Positions 38,258 to 49,019 of a stretch of DNA of 64,000 nucleotides are shown in pieces. This DNA comes from Amoeboaphelidium protococcarum X5 (lineage: Eukaryota > Fungi > Aphelidiomycota), in assembly GCA_023515725.1 (NCBI GenBank), contig JALDTO010000154.1, positions 391,484 to 455,483 of the forward strand, in the 5' to 3' direction. The stretch's first letter is position 1, and every line of letters starts with the position of its first letter. The translations under genes and the position numbers were made by a program. Below the pieces are notes generated by a model. It made no database searches. It was given only the letters and a program-made list of their open reading frames with translations, and had not been told where the DNA came from.

Positions 38258-38841
38258 TTTTTATTTTATTGAAGAAAAGAAGTGAAGCCTGTCCGATTGT
38301 GCTTTTATAGTCAAAACCCCCAACTTAATGATTGACAGAAAAATGGCTTGGACGAATCTCAAAATGGAGTCCCGCTTTGCCAAATCTAATTTTAACTGCT
38401 TAGTTCAAGTAGTTACTATAAATAGGAGGAATCAAGTTAACGTTAAAATCTTGACACAAGATATAGACAGCCGCTTAAATGAGAAGTGACCAATGCGTCT
38501 ATGAAACATCTAATGAAGTTAATCATCGGTTGATCAATAAACTATTTTATATTTTGATCAAGCGCAATACATTTTGTTAAATTTATATTACGCATTATTA
38601 AACGTCGGCTCACGCTTACATGGTAGTTTTTGGTCGTGCGCAATTATATTAGTACACATCAAGGCTGAATGTAGAGAGGTGTCATAGTAAAAGAGTCTTC
38701 TCATTATGGCCAACCTTCTATTTTGAATTGGGATGCCAACGCAAGTTCAAACATGCTCCTGATTGAAGAGTAATTTGCAGGGAGTGAGAAACGCCCACAT
38801 TGGAATTGACGCGGTTGAAGGCGCGTCTGACCGTTTCTGTG

Positions 38842-38867
38842 ATTCGCTTAAAATGTGAAAAATACTG
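38842..38867 (-). repeat. terminal inverted repeat at the Fanzor1 5' end
   Basis: Reverse complement is CAGTATTTTTCACATTTTAAGCGAAT. Confidence 0.9.
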
Positions 38868-40256
38868 TAATATTCAAGTTTTCTCCGTTGCCGATCGGAG
38901 ATATTCAGCCTTTTTGGATTCTCAATGGATGAAATCGGCTCATTGGTTCCTGAAGAATCAATTAGGGAGAATTTAAAAAATGGTATAATGTATACTGCAT
39001 CGGGAATGATTTGCTGATCAACCCTTGGTCGTTTATGTGCTGGTATAGCCGTGATGTTTTCGATTCCCACTAGGTTGGATCGTCATATACTGAAACTATT
39101 GCTACAATTCTCAAACCTCACTTAAAGAAATCTTTAATGGAGATCTTTGCAATGCTATACGATCAGAAGCGGATGAAAGTGTCTAAACTCAGCTCTCGGG
39201 TCAATTACTCAAGCGAGGATTGGGGTATCGATGGGATAATACATTTTCTCGTCCACACTGGCTACCTGACTTATCGCCAAATTGATGATGATAATTCTTT
39301 TACATCTGGTGTAGTTTGGATTCCTAACAAGGAGATTCGTGTTGAATGGGAGTCAAATATAAAGGGTCTCTTGCGTGAACAATTCGCACCTCAACTTGGG
39401 TCTCGTATTGAGAAGGTATTTACTGCTGCGAGTCCGAATATATCGGATCTGCAAAATGTGATGCAGGATATGATGATGTTTAGTTCTTCACACGATCTAA
39501 CGAAGAAGTGTGAAAATTGGGGTCACGTTTTCTACCTTAGGGCTTTTATTTCCATATTGCATGATGGAAGGAACATCACGGTGACATCTAATCTCAAATC
39601 TGGTCTTGGCAGGCATGATATCCAAATTTCATTTCTTAATTTGGACAGGGTGTTAGTATTTGAATTCAAGCTTTCGAAGCGTGAAAGTGACCTTCAGGAG
39701 GATGCCAAAACGGTCTTGAAATAAATCATGTATAAGAATTATGGTGTAGCCGATTTGCACGATTGTGAATGTTTTCTAGTTGGTGTTGCCTTTTACGGTA
39801 AGAAGTTGTCTGAGTTGGCAGTTAATAAGATCCAAGTATGACATAAACATTTATAAACTTCATGTCTTGTCCTATTATTTGATTTTCTGCCAGGCTCTAT
39901 TCCTTCTTTTTCACGTATTCCCTTTTCAGAGTTTAGAAGTAATATCTCATCTTCATTGCTACCTGTTGACAGTAAGATTTAGTGTGTATAGTTTGGGCCA
40001 TATGACATAGCCTTTTTTCATCAACCTGTTCATCTTACTCCTGTTTTATACAGACAGCGGGAATAATGGAACGTTCTGTTTCAGCGGTCCGTTCTTCATT
40101 ATTTTTTTCAATTACTGTATTTCCTTCCGGTGTCATTGACGATGTATTTCGCGCCTGATTGATTGTTTTATTTCCTTCTAGTAGAAAAGTCATTGTGAGT
40201 GTGTCCGTTCACCTTCAAGACTAATTTAATATTATTATTGTCCCTGGTACGTTCTC

Positions 40257-42839
40257 ATGTCCTATAATACTATGAATAATAATGGAGCGGGTCTAATGAA
40301 GGGATATCTTGCCATAGTAGTTGGTAGTGTGTTGACTTTAGCTTTTTTATACATTTCTATAACCATGTATCTTCATAATGATTATCCAAGTCGGTGTTAG
40401 ATGACTTATATGCGGCCAGTGTATCAACTCGTTCAAGATGAATAGACACTGCATTACAAGTATGGTGTTTATAAGTATTATGAGGGGTCTATCGATGATG
40501 ATGATGACAAACACCAATATGCAGTCTTATTCTTGCCTGGCAGTGGTGGAAGTTTTAAGCAGGTCAGATCTGTCGCGTCTACAGTTTTGAATCGATTGCA
40601 ACATGATGATGATCGCAGTAATGGTATTGTCGATGGTTTCTCATTACGTCCTCTTATTGATTTTTATGCTGTAGACTTTAAAGAGGAGTTGAGTGGTCTT
40701 GATGGCGGTGTAGTTGAACGGCAGGCTCAGTATGCTCACCAAGTACTGTAGCATTTGTGTTAGAATCTACAGTACTCTAAAGTTTTAGTATTCTCCCATT
40801 CAATGGCTGGATTTGTGGCAAGGACAATGTTTACACTTTACGGAGATATCAATCTCACTTGCGCGGATTCACTTATCAGTTTAAGCACTCCTCATTTCAT
40901 ACCTCCTGCTCCTTTAGATCGACGGCTTTTGCAATTGTATTGGAAGGTGAATGGGCATGTATCCTAGAGTGGTGTCTTGTTATCATCATGGAGTAATATA
41001 TCAATCCTGTCAATTTCTGGCGGTGATATGGATAAAATGGTTTCCTCTCAGTCTGCACATTAGTATAATGATTCAGAAGATTATGGATAGCATTATATTC
41101 ATGTAGATACTGAGATGTTAGACTCTGTGTCAACTTAGACTGATCATTAGTCAATTCTTTGGTGTAATTAGTTGGTCGTTTTCTTGTCTGACATCATCAT
41201 GAATACTGTATCTCTTGATGCTAGTCTAAAGAATCGTTATTACAATCAAGTCTTGTTTAAATAGTTTGACTCGTTACAGGATCTTCCCAGACTTGAAGAT
41301 AAATTTCACGAGTCTGGTGAATATATTTAAAAAAATATTGGATTATCAATGATGATGCCACTTTATGATAAAAGGACTACAATTCAGAGTAAGGACGGAG
41401 TAGCTTTAGCGTTAATCTCCGACTAAAAGTTTAAAATAGTTATTTGCGATGGTGTCAATAATAAGTTTATTTCATAGTAGTTCTATGATGGGAATCCGTT
41501 GGTTCATCATTATTATAATCCCCAGACATAAAGAGATTATTATAGCATGTTCATACCTGGAAATAGTACTGCATACATTGAGAAGAATGAAGACTAGCAA
41601 CTTATACTCTCATGGAATGAAACTGCATTTAAATAGTTGGCTAAAGTCGTAATCACTCCTAGTTTATGGTCAGCTTCTTTACAAGTCAATTCTCCTTAAA
41701 AGTTTGTATTCAGGCGGAATTCTGAATCTCCCCTGACTTTTACTGCTCGCTTTATATCGAATGAATGTACAGCGTCTGATTATGTTTATGTTCGTGTTGA
41801 AAAGAATCCTGAAAGTCATGCTTAATAATTGATATAATCGGGTGGATTGGATAATCTAATTTTAGTTGACTCTTTCTCTGCAGAATATCACATATCGGTA
41901 CTTTGTAATTGTACAGGATATATCTATATTCAGCCTAGTGCTTGGTACACTGTAAAATCTATGGTTAGACATCGAAAGTAATTTGCTCTAGTTTACCCCT
42001 TCATAATCACAGTGCTGTGTATTCTGCTCTGCTCACTCTATCCTCATTTTAGTACATTTCGGCAGTCGCTGCTTCGGATTAGTTCTGTCGTGATTATGTA
42101 CCTAATCCCAATTCTTATTCTCGGTGCCTTATTTGTGAATTCTCATTGGATAATAGTATCTGTTTACTTAATTGTCAGCATCGGGCTACTATTGGTTCGA
42201 TGTCTATTATTCGACACTGCGATTCTGTTGTTCAACTTTATATATATAATATTAGTAAAGTTTTAAAGGAGTAGATACAAGACAATCTCTAGTAATAAGT
42301 ATTGGACAACAGCTGGTGTTACTGCGTCATTTATCGGTCCATATGATTTGACATTCCTTATGGTTACAGTTTAATAAATTTGGAAGTGCTCTGAATTGTT
42401 TCATTAGGATGGTGTAGCTGAATACTAATGGCATTATATGGTATTGTAATTGTATCTCAGTGTCTTGCCTCTTAATTTAGTGAAAATTGCTGTATATGTC
42501 CGTAATCTCCCGGATGATTTCAGATTGTTGGAGCCTCAAGATTTTGCATCTACTGCTCTGCTGTTGGCTTTCAACTTTATCATAAACTAGCAGTAATCCA
42601 TCTACTCTTGCAGAACTATACGCTCCAAAATAGTTGCCTCAGTCTTTGTCTCGTTAATGGCTATATACCTCGCTCATAAGTGTGATGATGAACCATTTAG
42701 AATCGGTGATGTGATGTAAGTTATGATGATCATTTTTGTAATGGTTAGTAAACTCGGTGCTCTAACTAGTGCATGTAAACCGCGTCGACGTTCCGACCTC
42801 CTTGTCCTCAATCACAGTAAATCTAAATTAATAGATTGA
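40257..42839 (+). CDS. BST1: GPI inositol-deacylase (PGAP1/Bst1)
   Basis: N-terminal TM helix, CQMTYMRP, VLFLPGSGGSFKQVRS, FYAVDFKEELS, SHSMAG, LSTPH, SISGG and DHQSILWCNQLV, then C-terminal TM helices. Confidence 0.88.
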
Positions 42840-43078
42840 TATTTAAATTACTATTGTTGTTGTCGTTTATGTTTTGTTTAAGTACATCCTTGCTATGTTG
42901 TAGATTTAGAAGAGACTATGAGCTGCAGTCATTGCGAGTCGGTAAAGAACTTCAAGTATCATACATAGATGAATTAATCACGTTAAAATCTCAAATAGCT
43001 AAACGGTACGTATAAAAATACAGTTTAAAATTTATTTCATTTGCAATATCACTAACAATGTCAAATAAGAGAACTCTA

Positions 43079-43817
43079 TCATTTTCGCTTCAGAATAGCA
43101 CCAAGTACAAGTCCACTAAGGGCAACAACTCCACCAACGACAGCCATTCCGATGAAGCTTTCTACACATAATAATAACAGGTAAGATTTAGAATGAGGCA
43201 ATAGGAATTCAGATTCCAACTTACCAGATGCTACTTTATCGTCGATAACTTTTTATAAAGACTGAGCTTGAGCATTATTAGGTTCATCTCTCAGCAGCAT
43301 GGCATTAAATCGACGACTCTCAGCATACTTGCCCAACTTGAAATAACCAAGAGCCAGATAATACGTGCACTCGCGTCTTCTCTCGACATCTTCATCATAC
43401 AGCTCTACATACATATATATACATACACTCGATATGCTTACTAAGTGTAATTAAAAGTCTAGAAAACACAATTGGTACGCAATTCTCACCTTGTAATATG
43501 GACACTCCTTTCAGCTGATCATCACGAAATCTACTTCTGACGAGACCCCAAGCATAATTGAATCTACAAAATATTACAGTAATGATTTAGTTACTTATCA
43601 AGAATATCATCCGAATCATACTTGATCTAAGACGGTATTTGGCCTCTAGTTGTGACAGCGGCTCTCTTATAAGCATCTTCCAACACCTGCACATAGTTCA
43701 ATAGAGATGATACCACATGTTGATACTAGATCAATAAAAACATCGTACCTCAATCTCTTATGGGGATAATTCAGCATTAACTTCAGCTGCATACGGCAAA
43801 TTGTTACTAGAAGGCAT
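43079..43817 (-). CDS. FIS1: mitochondrial fission protein Fis1 (4 introns)
   Basis: [34 protein letters not shown] and EPNNAQA, then a C-terminal TM helix followed by KRK. Confidence 0.93.
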
Positions 43818-44048
43818 CTCTCAATGTTTAGACTTGACTGTTATAAAATCTGTATTCCAATAGTATAGCAGAAGATATTGCTGCTCACTCTTTCAGTAGA
43901 TTTTGACTTTCTCAAACAGGAAATCAGAAAAAGAAGAAGAAACGCCCCGATGAAAAGATCAACAGTAGATCAATGTGTATAGACTGGTCAATCAAATAGA
44001 TTGTTTGCTATTATACACGAAAGATTATTAAAAGGCCTAAGCTTTGCA

Positions 44049-47000
44049 TCATGAGAGTTTATTGTAGAGATAGTTGATTTCAAACATCATGTTAAGTGGG
44101 AGCAGCAAGTGTTCTATGAGCAGCCGCTGCAACTTGGCATCTTTGGATTGAGTCACCGCAGGAGATCGAATTAATGCTTGAGTCAAGTTCTCGATTTCAT
44201 CCACAGCTAGATCACAGCTGTGAAGAGTAACAAGCAGTGTCATTGCGTGACTAATGTAAGCAACTCCAGATATCTGCATGCTTTCAAGACGTGTAAGTAC
44301 AGAGTTTGATCTATCACCGCTGCGGAATAGCTGTTCAAGATATAAATGATAGTCTTGTCGATACTCATCATCATAGCCAATAACCAAGCTTTGCACGTCG
44401 CTCCACCTTTGCTGCAATATAGCCTAATCATCGTCAGTCTGCGAGTCTACAAGGAAGCAATGAGATAAAGTCTACTTTAAGCCTTCGAATAACAAGGCAA
44501 CTATGTACTAGAAGAGTTTTTGATTGTGACCATAATCTAAGCATGTCTATTAGAGCATACGAGTGAACAGCTTCGCCAATTAAATCTTTTCCAATATAGT
44601 TGTTCTACCCAGAGCCCATAACTCAAGACAGTTCATAATTGACTTTAGGCACTGCTTAAGACAAGACAATCGCAGACGACCAACAACTTCTGATACAAAG
44701 AATATCCCCGGAGCAAGGCCATTGAATATAGGACGAGCGCTCTCATCTACTAGACTTGGGAGAAATATATCATAGAATAGAGACTACAGTTTCTTATTTT
44801 AAGATTGATTAAGAATTTGGCAAATGCTAGCAATACTTTGACACGATTACTGAATGCCACTGTGAGAATTGAGATCCAAACTTCCAAAAGCGCTTTAGAA
44901 TATCTACAGCGCTTTACTTTAAGCTGCAGAATCTCTAATAAGATCTTGAGATTCCAGAGATGACAAAGACCCTAAAAGCAACGACTCGCGCAATTAGGCA
45001 TTCTCACAGTGACTAATGTACTAGCTTATCGCACTAATCAAGACATTTTGATACCATAGAGGAGAAAGAAGCACTCTTTGTACAATAACCTGAACAATAG
45101 AACTGGCGTATCGCATGTAGTCAGAAGATGAGTCTTTCGATGCTTGGACGACCTTTTATACCATGGCATATAGAACAGTTCTGAGTTGATTTAAATCACC
45201 TTACACCAGCTAAGCAGAGAGAATTCTAGCCATTAAAATATCAAAGAGCTAAATCATAGCATCGGTCGGTAATCGAGGAGTACCCCATCTGAAATCTACT
45301 TAAACACCCAACATGGATGCAAGCCTACGTGAGATAATCAAGAGTTGATTAAGAAACATCTAATCGGAGTTAAATAATAAAGGATCCACCATCGACGACA
45401 TAAAAGTCCCAAGGATTTGCAACTGTCTAGCTCTTGAAAGTGACAAATCAAATAATCCTGGCATTACACAGACAATATAAATCTTTATCAACTCATTCGA
45501 TTGCAGTCGACTTGCCGATATCCAAAGAGCGTCAGGTCCATCCTACTAAAAGAAATCATCAATTGTTAGAGAACCCGACATAGTCAGAGTATGTCCGAGT
45601 AGAGAGAGCGATTCAGCGGCTAAAATGAAACTTGGCAACTCCATCTGCTGAAATTTCCCAAACTTGGCTTGGATCAAGCTCTGCGACAAGGACCGCATGT
45701 GCTTTAGTGCATCAACCTGTTGCCTAATAAGATCAATTTGGGCATCTTACTGAGATACTGAAGCATTTTAATCCAGAGTCTCCAAGTCAGACAATTCAAT
45801 AAGAGAATCAAACTCATCCATGGACTGGTGGCTGAGGAGTTCCCACTACGAAGTGATTTTAGAGAGACATGTATTCATAATAAAGAGTATTCTCCTAAAT
45901 AGGGCTAGAAGATTATACACCAGGCCGGAGTCCAAATTTTAAAGATACTAAAAGCTGACACTAACAATTGGAAGCAGTTAAATCGAATTATAAACGCTGG
46001 TCTGGTCTGCAAGTTGAGTTATCCACTGATCAATAATAAGAGAAATAGTTGACTACAAGGTTCTGCTTGCTTAGAGCCATTACATCTTGTGATTATCAGA
46101 TAAAAATCCATTATACTTCTGTAAGCAATCGATAAAACTTATCCCACTCAACTTTGATGATATGCTATCGGGAATAATATCAGCACCTTGGAATTGATGG
46201 TAGAGAGACAGACAGAACAAGCATCGTTTCCACACATGAGAAATTAAATCACTCAATTCAACTAAGCGAGGTATAAGCCTGGAACGCAGGGAGGACAATA
46301 ACATCGAGAACACTTTGGGATTAACACAATTATTAAAATCTATACATTTGTGCAGTATCAGCAAGACATCATTCGCAAACTATCCTTAAACAGCGTCAGA
46401 GATCAAACATAATAAAGGAACTACCAAGTAAAGCACGCCGAAACTGTCTCCACTCTAGTCATTATTAACATCAGACTGATGTGGAGTCTTGGGAAGCCAC
46501 GGCATTATAAACTTACCCACACACTTTTTAACAAACTGCTTTACCACAGCAGTATCCGCGACTTCCAATTACAGAAATTGTCTGAAAAGATTCAAATATT
46601 AGGTGGCAGAAGACTGACTTTAAGACCTTAAGACGCGTTAAAGTAACTCTTTCATGACATGTTCTCTATTCCTCACCATCTTGGTCTAGAAAATTTGCTT
46701 TGCTATTATCAGAGCCTACTCTAGATCAATCATCTCGAATACATTGACTAGGAAACATGAAGGTAGATGTTAAGGAGTGCCTATCACTTGTCCTAGCTCC
46801 GATAACCAAAGTGATTCTAGAACAATTGACAGAAAATTAAGCGCCTACGGCTTATTGCCAGCGATTTAAAAGCTCAAATGCTACTGCAAGAACTACCACA
46901 GTCGCTCAGAGTCTGTATAGCGCAGACGAACCAAAACAGATAATAAAACTAATCTCATATTTTTAGAAGGAGATCTCAGAGAGTGGTCAATAAATAGCCT

Positions 47001-48398
47001 CAACTAATCACCAGATTTAAATAGATATTCCCATTTTATCAGAAGATAAAAGTAAATTTCGGCAATTCTATGGTCAATTAAATAAAACTCTGCCTCCAAG
47101 GTGGCAAAGTATTTAATCAGCAAGTCTTTGTCTCCATCATCTAAGTTAACTGAATAGGCGCGGCACTTTTCTAGTACTTTATCAACATAAAATGACTTTT
47201 GGGAACGAATTCTAGCAATAGCTATACTGAAGAAAGCCATAAATCCATCAAGGGGCCTACCAGGAATTGCCTTGGTCAATTGTTCATCGGAGCTTTTCAT
47301 TAAAAGGCCACTCAGGATTTAACATGGCTTCTCTCCTATTGATGCTACATCTACAAAGCATAACTTTGACTATTCAGATTGCGATCTCTCAGCAATAACA
47401 ACGACATTCTATCTCTTTTTAGGAAGAACCTTCTTGGTCTTAGGCTCCCGCAGATTACCATCACGTTTTTCAACGTATTAAAATTACACTGCTGAACTGG
47501 CTTTCTTGTAAACTTCTAAATACGGAATACGCTTTAGTCGGCGTACAACTTGCTTAATATCTTTCAGAGCCGCCGTTGACTTTTAACGCGATGCAATGCG
47601 ACTATCTCTGGTGGGACGCGGCGCATGGGCGGCTCTACGTACAGATCTCCTGCGTTGTACACCTTTACCAACTCTTCGTTAACGACTCTGACTTTTAGCT
47701 ACTCGCTTACTCTCTGAAGAGTTAATCTTGATCCTTCTCTTCTAAAAGTTCCCCATAGAATTTATGGCTTCATTTTACGCTGGTACTTTACGGGCCGAAA
47801 GCTTTTATATCGACAACGTGGACTTCTCTGACAATTAACGGATTCGATTAATAGTTGACGTTGAAGGAAATTCAAACTCACCATGATCTTCATCATCCAC
47901 CTCACGCCGCTATTCGTATACAAAATCATCATTATCATACTTGGTGACATCAGCATTAGGATTCTGAGCAATAGTGCGGAGAACGTCTCTATCACCAAAG
48001 TCCATCTTGAGAACTCTGTCCATGAATGGATCCACATACAGCCGTTTTATATGCTTCTTTGCATATTCCGAAGCTTTTCTCTTCTACCTCCCACTCATTT
48101 ACAAAGCAGTGACATCAACAACAGCAGGTTACTATATGACAGTCGCAGAAACTGTGACATCCTGATTTGCAGCATCTGATTCGGTACCATCTTCGTTATT
48201 CTACGTATACAATCTATTCTCATCGTTCACTCGGTCACCGCCATCGTTATCATTATCATTATCATTATCATTTGCTTCAACATCTTTAACATTCATTAGA
48301 TCATCATCAGTAGTCAACTTGAATAACTAAGGAGTATTAGTATGCTCATTCACAGGGCTGTCATAGTCCAAGGCCAAATCTTTAAGAGGTGTTTACAT
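44049..48398 (-). CDS. large hypothetical protein (1449 aa): acidic/basic disordered N-terminus and helical-repeat C-terminus
   Basis: Standard-code fragments at 47300, 46364 and 44417 share the frame of ATG 48398 and end at TGA 44049. Family not confidently recognised. Confidence 0.75.
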
Positions 48399-49019
48399 GA
48401 ATACTAAGCGTGTATTAACTGAGACACGTACGGAACTGTTGAAAGACACGAAAAAGAAACGTTTCCACTTTCAACTTTGTGCGAGTTGAAACAATCCTGT
48501 CCGACTAGACTTACCCGTGTTGCGCTCTTTTGTTCGTCCCTTCTATTCGAATTAGTGAAAGCTTTCAATCCGATACGCCGAGAAAGAAATCTATAACTGC
48601 TGACTACGTGTTGCCCTTAAAATATCGCCCTCCTTGTCGCAGAGTATTCGAGTCAGACTCGGTATTCACTGTTCCACATTTGCATATGATTGTCTTGCTT
48701 ATATTTACGTATCCTCATCGTGTCTTAAATGGAATTAAAGATTTTACGAATAAAAAATCAGCGCTTGTTATTGGATAGCGATGAGATCCAAGTACAAGGT
48801 TAGCATTACTTCCTTCACACGAATGATCAGCACCACCTATCACTTTTCCGCATAGCAACCACGAACAAAATTAGACTTAGTGACCACCACTATAATTACA
48901 CTTTTTCTACCCTTTATAACAATAATATCAAGTATATTTTTCTGATCAACTAAATACTTGTACAGTTAAATCTCTAGATATAGATATACTATCAACATTA
49001 CAGACCAGTCCAAGTTGAA

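Larger units (their letters stand above)
36085..38867 (-). mobile_element. non-autonomous Tc1/mariner/pogo-type TIR element (2783 bp) carrying Fanzor1
   Basis: TIRs at 36085-36110 and 38842-38867 (22/26 identical). TA on both sides (36083-36084 and 38868-38869). The host gene resumes after the right end. No transposase inside. Confidence 0.92.
35374..39841 (+). pseudogene. AAA-ATPase-like (PF09820-type) plus PD-(D/E)XK nuclease (PDDEXK_9-type) gene, split by a transposon
   Basis: 5' half: FIDKS, RPRRFGKSTNLSML, VDEYDAP, ILSGL. After 38870: NIQVFS..FGF, WYN, INPWS, GYLT, WIPNKEI, GRHDI, FEFK, LKQI. Premature TGA at 36055-36057 and several 1-nt frameshifts at about 38870-38985. Confidence 0.88.

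Noticed and set aside
35374-39841. Lower TAR-Gln usage in the AAA gene and Fanzor1 as proof of recent horizontal arrival
   Set aside because: Hand counts suggest CAR exceeds TAR there, but some host regions (kinase domain, ligase gene) look similar. Needs genome-wide statistics.
35374-39841. Bacterial contamination or chimeric contig
   Set aside because: The bacterial-type genes use TAR=Gln and TGA stops and are embedded among intron-containing eukaryotic genes.
39860-40193. Small minus-strand ORF between the AAA pseudogene and BST1
   Set aside because: Needs a non-canonical intron donor to stay open and has no recognisable homology.
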